Shown piece after piece: positions 31,911 through 38,806 of a DNA stretch of 38,806 bases; positions within the stretch are counted from its first letter, which is position 1, and every line of letters begins with the position of its first letter. The DNA is from a virus. Location of the stretch: IMG/VR virus record IMGVR_UViG_3300045988_052964, positions 1-38,806 of that record. One strand, written 5' to 3'. The notes under the pieces are model-generated. The model had not been told where the DNA came from and made no database searches. It saw nothing but the letters and a program-made list of their open reading frames with translations. Made by a program: the position numbers and the translations under genes.

Positions 31911-32813
31911 GTGATACCAATTTTACAACTAGATGAAAGGAAAGTTCGAAAAGGAAAACCTATTGGACTCCCATATGTTGGAAGCAAGAAAAAAATATCA
32001 AAAAAAATCGTGGAGATAATCAAACAAAACTTCGGAACTGATATACCAGTTTACGATGTTTTCGGCGGTGGTGGTGCAATTACTGCAGAACTGCTATTGA
32101 ATAATATGCAGGCCCACTACAATGACTTAGACAGCGATGTTACAAGTATGTTTACCAGAGTTATCTCACAAGATAGAGAATGGATCAAAACATTGGCTGT
32201 TTCACGTGATGAGTTTCTAACTATCCGTGATAAAAAAGGAAAAACAGTTGATGACAATTTGAAGTTACTGGTCAATTCTTTTGCGAATAATTCAAAAAAT
32301 TACTTGTACTGCAAAGAACAGTCCAGGGCAAAATACAATCTCGCAATTGAAATTATAAAAAAACATGATGTGTTTAGTGGCTACAAGCAAACGGGAACCT
32401 ATCGAAACGCTAAACAATCATGGCGACCGGAGCAGTTAGAACGACTACAACAATTAGAACAACTACAACAATTAGAACAACTACAACAGTTGAAGGAAGC
32501 GCGAGACCCAGAGATAACTAATTATGACTATACAGCATTTTCAAATGTTGAGAATGCTATTTTTTATCTGGACCCACCATACCAAAACACAATGAATGGA
32601 TATAAATTTGAGTTCAATCATTCGTTATTTTATGACTGGTGTGTTGAGATGGCAAAAAAAAATATTGTAATTATTTCCAGCTACAGCATTCCAGATCCGC
32701 GTTTTAAGGTTGTTTGGGAGTTTAAAACGGCGCGTGGTTCGTTTGCTGGAGGCGTAAATAAGAAGTATGAGCAACTTTACATGGTTTCGGAAGGATTAAA
32801 TCAACTAAGCTAA
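31911..32813 (+). CDS. Orphan N6-adenine DNA methyltransferase (Dam/D12 class)
   Basis: PYVGSKKKI, FGGGGAIT (motif I) and LDPPYQNT (motif IV). The GTG start is uncertain because the RBS directly abuts it. Confidence 0.75.
   Translation: MIPILQLDERKVRKGKPIGLPYVGSKKKISKKIVEIIKQNFGTDIPVYDVFGGGGAITAELLLNNMQAHYNDLDSDVTSMFTRVISQDREWIKTLAVSRDEFLTIRDKKGKTVDDNLKLLVNSFANNSKNYLYCKEQSRAKYNLAIEIIKKHDVFSGYKQTGTYRNAKQSWRPEQLERLQQLEQLQQLEQLQQLKEARDPEITNYDYTAFSNVENAIFYLDPPYQNTMNGYKFEFNHSLFYDWCVEMAKKNIVIISSYSIPDPRFKVVWEFKTARGSFAGGVNKKYEQLYMVSEGLNQLS
32433..32496 (+). repeat. In-frame 18-bp tandem repeat (about 3.5 units of CTACAACAATTAGAACAA) encoding (LQQLEQ)n
   Basis: Two units are identical (32445-32462 and 32463-32480) and are flanked by degenerate units. 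Confidence 0.85.
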
Positions 32814-32821
32814 GGCAAAAG

Positions 32822-33313
32822 GTGGTGAGTATTGTGGTAAGAGCGCTTTACAAAGAATGGTTAACAGAGGAAAAGTTAACATTGTTGAAAGGCTGGAAGA
32901 GAAATGGTTTAACTGATGAGCAAATTGCTCATAATATGGGAATTAATGTTCGCACGTTGTGGAGATGGAAAGCTGAGCATAAAGAGATGAAGGAGGCACT
33001 AAAAGTAGGGAAAGAAGTGGCCAACTTCATTGTTGAAAATAAGCTGTTTCAAAAGGCTATCGAAGGTAATACTACTGCTATGGTTTTTTGGCTAAAGAAC
33101 AATTGGCGCGATAAATACAACGATAGTGAGTTGTCGCCAGAAGAACGTAAGCTTGCTATTGCACGTATGAAGAAATTAGAAGTTGAAACTAAGAATGTTC
33201 AATTACGTAATAAGTCACTTGAAGAAAATGGCGCTGATATTGAAGAAGCACTCAATAGAGTTATGGATAAGCTTAGCAGTGAAAGCGACAAAGAAAATAA
33301 TAATAATGATTGA
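32822..33313 (+). CDS. terS: Terminase small subunit
   Basis: HTH LTDEQIAHNMGINVRTLWRWKAEH. Lies upstream of terL. The start could be GTG 32822, 32825 or 32834. Confidence 0.7.
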   Translation: MVSIVVRALYKEWLTEEKLTLLKGWKRNGLTDEQIAHNMGINVRTLWRWKAEHKEMKEALKVGKEVANFIVENKLFQKAIEGNTTAMVFWLKNNWRDKYNDSELSPEERKLAIARMKKLEVETKNVQLRNKSLEENGADIEEALNRVMDKLSSESDKENNNND

Positions 33314-33336
33314 TAATGGCTAGTTTGTAGTATAAT
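33310..33336 (+). promoter_or_regulatory. Promoter-like element (TTGATA, 15-bp spacer, TATAAT) at the terS stop
   Basis: -10 at 33331-33336. The short spacer lowers confidence. Confidence 0.35.
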
Positions 33337-33342
33337 ATAAGA

Positions 33343-33527
33343 GCAAACAAAAAGCCCTAGCGGTGTTGGCGACACCCTAGAGCTGGTAACCATAGAAAGG
33401 ATATGATTACATGGATACAATCAAGTGAGTGTATCAAGATGCGCAATTGGAAAAGCAAAAACACACAAGGGCTATATTTGGAAATATATTTAATAAATGG
33501 TTAGTACTCTTGATGAGTGCTTTTTTT
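33343..33527 (+). ncRNA. Candidate leader or small RNA of about 185 nt between terS and terL (may instead encode a 33-aa peptide at 33403-33504)
   Basis: Hairpin GGTGT-TGGCG-ACACC flanked by CCCTAG direct repeats. Ends in a terminator-like hairpin. Confidence 0.25.
33503..33527 (+). terminator. Terminator-like hairpin 22 nt upstream of the terL start
   Basis: 7-bp stem AGTACTC/GAGTGCT (one G-U pair) with a 5-nt loop and a T7 run. Confidence 0.55.
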
Positions 33528-33548
33528 ATTAGCAGAGAGGTGAACGCA

Positions 33549-34787
33549 ATGGCAATAGATAATTTGTTAACTGCAAAGCAGCAAAAAGCCTTACAATCCT
33601 ATTTACATGATGATTGGAGAGTCCTGATCCTATCTGGTGCAGTTCGTGCTGGCAAAACATATATTTCTGATTGGATATTTTTGCTTGAGTTGCGAAGGAC
33701 TGCACGACTAGCTAAAGTCCAAAACGATCCGCACCCTGTTGTTATCCTTGCTGGATATAGTTCTAATTCAATCTACACGAATGTTATCGTTTCAATTGAA
33801 AATGAGTTTGGCGTTGAACTAAAGCCAGATAGGCATGGGCATTACCATTTGTTTGGTGTTGATATAGTGCCTGCTTATACTGGAAACAAGCGAGGAATGA
33901 GCGCCATTCGCGGTGCAACTGCATACTCCGCCTACATTGATGAAGGATCATTAGCCGATCAATCTGTGTTCCAAGAAATACTACAGCGTTGTTCAGTTGA
34001 AGACTCGCGAATTATTGTGACTACTAACCCTGGGAGCCCGGTTCACTACTTGAAAACGGATTACATTGACAAGGAAGACGACCCTGAGGCTAGGATCAAA
34101 GTTTTTAACTTTACGATTGATGATAATACGTTCCTTAGCCCTGAATATGTAAAAGCTTTAAAGGCACAAACGCCTTCGGGAATGTTTACGGACAGAGCTA
34201 TCTATGGCCTTTGGGTATCTGGGGAAGGGCTAGTATATCGTGACTTTGATAAAAATAGAATGATGATCGATAAACTACCACCTAACCGCTCATATAAATA
34301 TTATTGTGGCGTCGACTGGGGCTTTGCTGAAGGACACGATACATCAATTACTGTATGGGCTGATGATGAACAAGGCAACACTTATTTAGTTGAAGAACAT
34401 ACCGCAAACCGTAAGTACATTGATTACTGGATTGAGGTAGCTAAAGGTATTCAGAAGAGGTATGGATACAACGTTACCTTTTGGTCAGACCCCGCAAGAA
34501 TTGATTATGTATCTCAGTTTGTTACTAATGGTATACAAGCTCGGAACGCAAAGAAAGATATTTTGGCCGGGATTGAGTCAGTTGCAGAGCTGATGGCCAC
34601 TAAGCATTTCTTTGTGTTGAAGAGTGCTCCTGTTAAGTTTCTTGATGAAATTTATCAATATGTTTGGGATAGTGACAAGGGAGTGCCGATTAAGAAGAAG
34701 GATCACGTATGCGACTCAATGAGATATGGAATATTTAACGAGCATCTAAACAATGACGCTCAATTTATTAATTCAGTTTATATTTAG
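33549..34787 (+). CDS. terL: Terminase large subunit (PBSX/Terminase_3-like)
   Basis: Walker A SGAVRAGKTY. ATG 33549 with RBS AGAGAGGTG. The track start 33429 runs through the terminator and is disfavoured. Confidence 0.85.
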   Translation: MAIDNLLTAKQQKALQSYLHDDWRVLILSGAVRAGKTYISDWIFLLELRRTARLAKVQNDPHPVVILAGYSSNSIYTNVIVSIENEFGVELKPDRHGHYHLFGVDIVPAYTGNKRGMSAIRGATAYSAYIDEGSLADQSVFQEILQRCSVEDSRIIVTTNPGSPVHYLKTDYIDKEDDPEARIKVFNFTIDDNTFLSPEYVKALKAQTPSGMFTDRAIYGLWVSGEGLVYRDFDKNRMMIDKLPPNRSYKYYCGVDWGFAEGHDTSITVWADDEQGNTYLVEEHTANRKYIDYWIEVAKGIQKRYGYNVTFWSDPARIDYVSQFVTNGIQARNAKKDILAGIESVAELMATKHFFVLKSAPVKFLDEIYQYVWDSDKGVPIKKKDHVCDSMRYGIFNEHLNNDAQFINSVYI

Positions 34788-34798
34788 GAGGTGGTAGC

Positions 34799-36214
34799 GT
34801 GGCAGACAGTGTAAAGATTGCTGGCAGTGCTTATATATCCAAGGAAGGCCTGTATCTTTATCCAAATGAAGAACTAACAGGCGAAGACATTTTAACGTTT
34901 ATTAACTATAACAGAGGTATCACAACGTATGGAGAGAACTACCGTTACTATACAGGTGAACATTCTATTTTAAAGAAGAAGTTTGATCCTAACAGCTTTA
35001 GACCAGATAACAGAGTGGTCAGTAATTGGGCTAACTATGTTGTGGATACATATATCGGCTATTTCATGGGGACACCAGTTAAGATACAGTTGGAAGATGA
35101 TAACAAGAACAAGTTATTACAGGATTGGCTGAAGGTTAACACGTTTACAGACAAATTATCAGAAGTAGCCAAACAAGTGGCAATCTATGGTTTGTCTTAT
35201 ATGTTGGCTTATCAAGATGAAGATAGCAATACTTGCGTTGCAGTAGTGCCGCCGGATGAAGGCTTTATTATCTATGATACAAGTATCAAGCGTAAACCTA
35301 TTGCGTTTGTTAGATACGCTTATTTTAATTCTGAATTAGTCGGGGAAGTCTATACTGACAGCAAGATTTATAGTATTGGCAGAGATGGAGTACTTGAAGA
35401 AACAGGAAATATTGTGCCATTTAAAGAAGTCCCAGCGGTAGAGTTCTATGCGAACGAAGAACGTTTATCTTTAGTTGGCAAGATCAGAACCTTAGTTGAC
35501 ACGTACGATAATGCAATCTCACAGAAAGCTAACGAGCTTGAATATTTCGATCAGTCTTTTCTTCTAATGCTGGGTATTAATTTGCCGAAGGATCCTAAAA
35601 CAGGCAAGCCAATCCTTGATTTTAATGGTGGCAAGCGTGTGTTTAATGATCCATCGCCAGAAGCAGCCAATGCGAAGTTTGAGTTCTTATCTAAACCGGA
35701 TAGCGATAACATGCAAGAAAACATGCTTAACCGTTTGGTTAATGATATCTTTCAAACAGCGATGGTAGCTAATCTAAACGATGAGGCGTTTAGTGGCAAT
35801 TCTAGCGGCGTGGCTATTCGATATAAATTATTGAGTATGCAGAACCAAGCGGCACTAGAAGAACGTAAATTCACGATAGCTTTAACTAATTTCTTAGGTA
35901 ACATCGCAAGCCTAGGCAAGATTATCGGCAGTGTTTCATCTGATGAAGTCAAGACTGGATTATCGTTCACATTCAAGCGTAACATACCGGTAAACGATGC
36001 AGACGAGGCAAATACAGCTAAAACACTCGAGGGCGTCGTGTCTAAGGAAACTCAGCTTAAAGTGTTATCTATTGTCGATGATCCCAAAGCTGAGATTGAA
36101 AAGATCGATCAAGAGAAAGAAAACTTGATCAAACAATCATTACAAAACTCGATCAATGCCGCTGATATGTTCAAAGGTGGTGTAGATGATGATACCGAAG
36201 AACAAGCAGAATGA
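34799..36214 (+). CDS. Portal protein (SPP1 gp6-like)
   Basis: 471 aa, follows terL. GTG start with RBS AGGAGGTGG. Confidence 0.8.
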   Translation: MADSVKIAGSAYISKEGLYLYPNEELTGEDILTFINYNRGITTYGENYRYYTGEHSILKKKFDPNSFRPDNRVVSNWANYVVDTYIGYFMGTPVKIQLEDDNKNKLLQDWLKVNTFTDKLSEVAKQVAIYGLSYMLAYQDEDSNTCVAVVPPDEGFIIYDTSIKRKPIAFVRYAYFNSELVGEVYTDSKIYSIGRDGVLEETGNIVPFKEVPAVEFYANEERLSLVGKIRTLVDTYDNAISQKANELEYFDQSFLLMLGINLPKDPKTGKPILDFNGGKRVFNDPSPEAANAKFEFLSKPDSDNMQENMLNRLVNDIFQTAMVANLNDEAFSGNSSGVAIRYKLLSMQNQAALEERKFTIALTNFLGNIASLGKIIGSVSSDEVKTGLSFTFKRNIPVNDADEANTAKTLEGVVSKETQLKVLSIVDDPKAEIEKIDQEKENLIKQSLQNSINAADMFKGGVDDDTEEQAE

Positions 36215-37208
36215 AGAGTACTGGAAAGCCAGGGAGCAAGCAGAAAAGAAGTGGATAGCTCAGAACCTGAAGAACGACAGGAAGTTTAATGGCAAGCTAA
36301 CTGATTATTACGAAAGAGCTATTGACGATATCAATGGCAAAATTGATGTAGAATATCAAAAGATAGTCGAGACACATGGTGATAGCATTGGCACTACAGG
36401 GGCTTATAAAGCTGTTAGTAAAGCTGATATAGAAAGATACGAGCGCGAAGCAAAAAGGCTTGTAGCTAAAGCTAACAGGCTTAGAAAGCAAGACAGGAAA
36501 GTATCTCGTAAAGGTTTTACAGCAGAAGAAAACGCACGTATGAAAGTTTATAATGCTACCATGCGGCTTAATCGACTTGAGTATCTAAAATCACAAATAG
36601 GGTTAACTATGGTTGATTTAGGTATGGATATAGACGACGAGATGCAAGAAAAGATCCAGGATGACTATATGGACGAAATAAAGCGTCAATCAGGTATCTT
36701 AGGTAAAGATCTAACCAAGACGTCGTTATGGACTAGCTCGACGATTGCTGCAATCGTAATGGCTCAAACGGGTGCCGTTAATTTCAGCCAACGCATATGG
36801 GCAAATATAGATGCTTTAAAAGCTGAATTAGATGCAGTTATATCAACAGGAATTATACACGGAGATAATCCGCGAGAGATGGCAAGGCAGCTTAAAAAAC
36901 ATGTACGACAAACAGTTACTAATCATAGATATGTTACTGAACGCATTGCACGTACTGAGAGCGCCAGAGTGCAGCATAAAGCACAGGTTAGTTCACTGAC
37001 TGAGATGGATTATAGATTTTGTAAATGGCATGCTGAGCCTGGTGCATGTAAGATTTGTAGTGATATTGCGAACAATGACGATGGTTGTGGCAAAGGCGTA
37101 TATGAGATAGACGATTGTCCAATTGTTCCAGCTCATCCATGTTGCAGATGCGGGATTAGTGCTTACTGGGTTGATGGCGAGAATAATTCGTACAAACACA
37201 GCAATTAA
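36186..37208 (+). CDS. Minor head morphogenesis protein (Mu F / SPP1 gp7-like)
   Basis: ERIARTESARVQH and the C-terminal Cys cluster CKICSD...PAHPCCRC. Confidence 0.75.
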   Translation: MMIPKNKQNEEYWKAREQAEKKWIAQNLKNDRKFNGKLTDYYERAIDDINGKIDVEYQKIVETHGDSIGTTGAYKAVSKADIERYEREAKRLVAKANRLRKQDRKVSRKGFTAEENARMKVYNATMRLNRLEYLKSQIGLTMVDLGMDIDDEMQEKIQDDYMDEIKRQSGILGKDLTKTSLWTSSTIAAIVMAQTGAVNFSQRIWANIDALKAELDAVISTGIIHGDNPREMARQLKKHVRQTVTNHRYVTERIARTESARVQHKAQVSSLTEMDYRFCKWHAEPGACKICSDIANNDDGCGKGVYEIDDCPIVPAHPCCRCGISAYWVDGENNSYKHSN

Positions 37209-37298
37209 CATTTTGACTTTTTCCATGCTTGCAGTCATTAAAGAACAACTTGAGTAAACCGCCTCCCAAGGCGTTAAATGCGAGCAGGAGGTCCAATT

Positions 37299-37907
37299 AT
37301 GGATGTAGAAGAGACAACACAAGTAACTGAAGCTCAAGACAATCAAGAAAACGTCGAAACGGTTAAAAAGGACGTCCAAGATAAGAAACCGGTAGACGCT
37401 GACAAGATTGCTAAAAAACTTCAAAAGCGTATCAGCAAGGAACAAGAAAGCAAGCACCAAGCTTTGAAGGAAGTAGAGGAGCTTAAAGCTAAACTTGCTA
37501 AATACGAAAGCAACGACAAGAGTATCAAGGAACTTTCAGACGAAGAGAAAGCTAAACAGGAAGAAGATGTCAAAGATAGACGTATCAAGGAACTCGAAGA
37601 CCGTTTAGCACGTAATGAAGCTTTAAAACAAACCAAACAAGTGTTTGAAGAGTCAGATATCCAAGTTTCAGATGATGTCCTCGATATGGTTGTTGTAAAT
37701 GACAATAAAAAGACCATTGCTAACGTCCAAGCGATTACTAATTTTATTGAGAAAATCAAGGAAGATACACGTAAGGAATTGTTAGCAGGCAAGACTCCAC
37801 GAACAACAGGAGTCAAAACTAAAATGACAAAAGAACAAATTAGAAGCATCAAGGACACAGCAGAGCGTCAAAAAGCAATGCGCGATAACTGGGCCTTGTT
37901 CAATTAG
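37299..37907 (+). CDS. Scaffolding protein
   Basis: ATG 37299 with RBS GCAGGAGG. Acidic coiled-coil protein immediately upstream of the capsid gene. Confidence 0.65.
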   Translation: MDVEETTQVTEAQDNQENVETVKKDVQDKKPVDADKIAKKLQKRISKEQESKHQALKEVEELKAKLAKYESNDKSIKELSDEEKAKQEEDVKDRRIKELEDRLARNEALKQTKQVFEESDIQVSDDVLDMVVVNDNKKTIANVQAITNFIEKIKEDTRKELLAGKTPRTTGVKTKMTKEQIRSIKDTAERQKAMRDNWALFN

Positions 37908-37921
37908 GAGGAAACAAAATT

Positions 37922-38806
37922 ATGGCAGATCCAAAATTAATCAAAACACCTGATATGGGCGAAGTACAAGCAAAAGACTTTGTGGAACGCTTTTCAGAAA
38001 GCATTACAAAATTAACTCAAGCATTGAGCACTACACGCCCACAAGCAATGACTCAAGGCAATACTATTCAAATGTATAAGTTCACTACTGATATGGCTGC
38101 TACAACAGCTGTTGGTGAAGGCGAAGATATCCCATTGAGTGGGGTTAAGCGCGTGAAAGATCGTGCTTTTACTGTTGGCTTTAAAAAAGCACGTAAGGCT
38201 GTATCTATTGAAGAAGTTCAACGTGTTGGATACGATATGGCAGTCCTACAATCAGACAAGCGTATCTTAAAGGAAATCCAAAAGAATGTTCGTAAAGGCT
38301 TCTTTGATTTCTTGGCAACAGCACCAACAGACTTAAAAGCTCAAGGCGGCTTACAAAATGCAATTGCTCAATCAGTTGGCAAATTACAAGTATTGTTCGA
38401 TGATGATGCAGTAGAAACAATTGTGTTTATCAATCCAATGGATGCAGCTAAGTATTTAGGTGCAGCAGATATCACAAACGGAGCAAGCGTTGGCTTTGGT
38501 TTAACATTGCTTAACAACTTTTTAGGCGGCGTTACTTTAATCATGAACTCCAGTGTTCCAGAAAACACATTCTATGCAACTGTTAAGGATAACATTAACT
38601 TGATGTACTTAGATACTAACGGAGAAAGCCGTAAGCTATTTGAAAACAAGTCTATTACAACAGACGAAACAGGTTTAATTGCTTTAGTTCGTGATGATAA
38701 CACAACAAACTTGACAAACCAAAGTACACTATATTGGGGCATTGAGATCTTCCCAGAAGTTGCTAACGGCGTAATCAAAGGGACTTTTGCTGCACCAGCC
38801 ACAGAC
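37922..38806 (+). CDS. Major capsid protein (HK97-fold type); the ORF runs off the window end and finishes at 2..106
   Basis: RBS AGGAGGAA. Sequence MADPKLIKTPDMGEVQAKDF... with no stop before 38806. It is absent from the ORF track for that reason. Total length is 311 aa once the circle is closed. Confidence 0.8.
   Translation, partial: MADPKLIKTPDMGEVQAKDFVERFSESITKLTQALSTTRPQAMTQGNTIQMYKFTTDMAATTAVGEGEDIPLSGVKRVKDRAFTVGFKKARKAVSIEEVQRVGYDMAVLQSDKRILKEIQKNVRKGFFDFLATAPTDLKAQGGLQNAIAQSVGKLQVLFDDDAVETIVFINPMDAAKYLGAADITNGASVGFGLTLLNNFLGGVTLIMNSSVPENTFYATVKDNINLMYLDTNGESRKLFENKSITTDETGLIALVRDDNTTNLTNQSTLYWGIEIFPEVANGVIKGTFAAPATD

Noticed and set aside
32433-32496. CRISPR-like or other non-coding repeat array
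   Set aside because: The units are directly adjacent with no spacers, have an 18-bp period, and sit in frame inside a methyltransferase ORF. The repeats at 21650-22150 and 22545-22884 likewise lack repeat-spacer structure. There is no CRISPR array in this window.
33429-33548. Track start of terL at GTG 33429
   Set aside because: The 40-codon extension crosses the terminator hairpin and has no RBS. ATG 33549 has an RBS and gives a typical terminase N-terminus. Homologue alignment would be needed to be sure.

Overview
The window is a complete, circularly closed siphovirus-type dsDNA phage genome of about 38,751 bp. Bases 1-55 are identical to 38752-38806, which looks like an assembler k-mer overlap, and the major capsid gene runs across that junction. 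Every credible gene is on the + strand. Gene content suggests a phage of a low-GC Gram-positive host, probably Lactobacillales; that host call is inference only. Module order: neck and tail (128-11629, including a G/GT chaperone frameshift, the tape measure, Dit, and a Tal with SLT and M23 domains). Then lysis (11674-13267: XhlA-like, LL-H-type holin, GH25+SH3 endolysin). Then an early/accessory region (13503-20726: an acidic early protein, HTH regulators, many antirepressor-domain genes, small membrane peptides, Gp157-like, ERF, HNHc). Then replication (21041-25140: HTH, an initiator with embedded iterons, DnaB-type helicase, RusA). Then a second accessory block (25408-30892: lipoprotein, small unknowns, another antirepressor, ArpU-family late regulator). 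Then packaging and head (31379-38806: orphan Panacea/DUF4065 protein, Dam-like methyltransferase, TerS, TerL, portal, Mu-F-like protein, scaffold, capsid). No integrase, no divergently transcribed repressor, no tRNA and no CRISPR array are visible. The most unusual items are: (1) a roughly 290-nt promoter-to-terminator structured non-coding leader immediately upstream of the orphan Panacea antitoxin-domain gene and an orphan methyltransferase that carries an in-frame 18-bp tandem repeat; (2) a second promoter-leader-terminator unit splitting terS from terL; (3) a four-member family of promoter-bearing repeat elements, two of them forming a roughly 170-bp tandem duplication in front of the helicase gene; (4) an acr/aca-like or Ocr-like first early operon (strong promoter with a palindrome, a very acidic protein, then an HTH); (5) five antirepressor-domain paralogues showing clear domain shuffling; (6) a small gene flanked by a duplicated 3' gene end. 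All functional calls rest on motif recognition by eye and on gene order. No database search was run.
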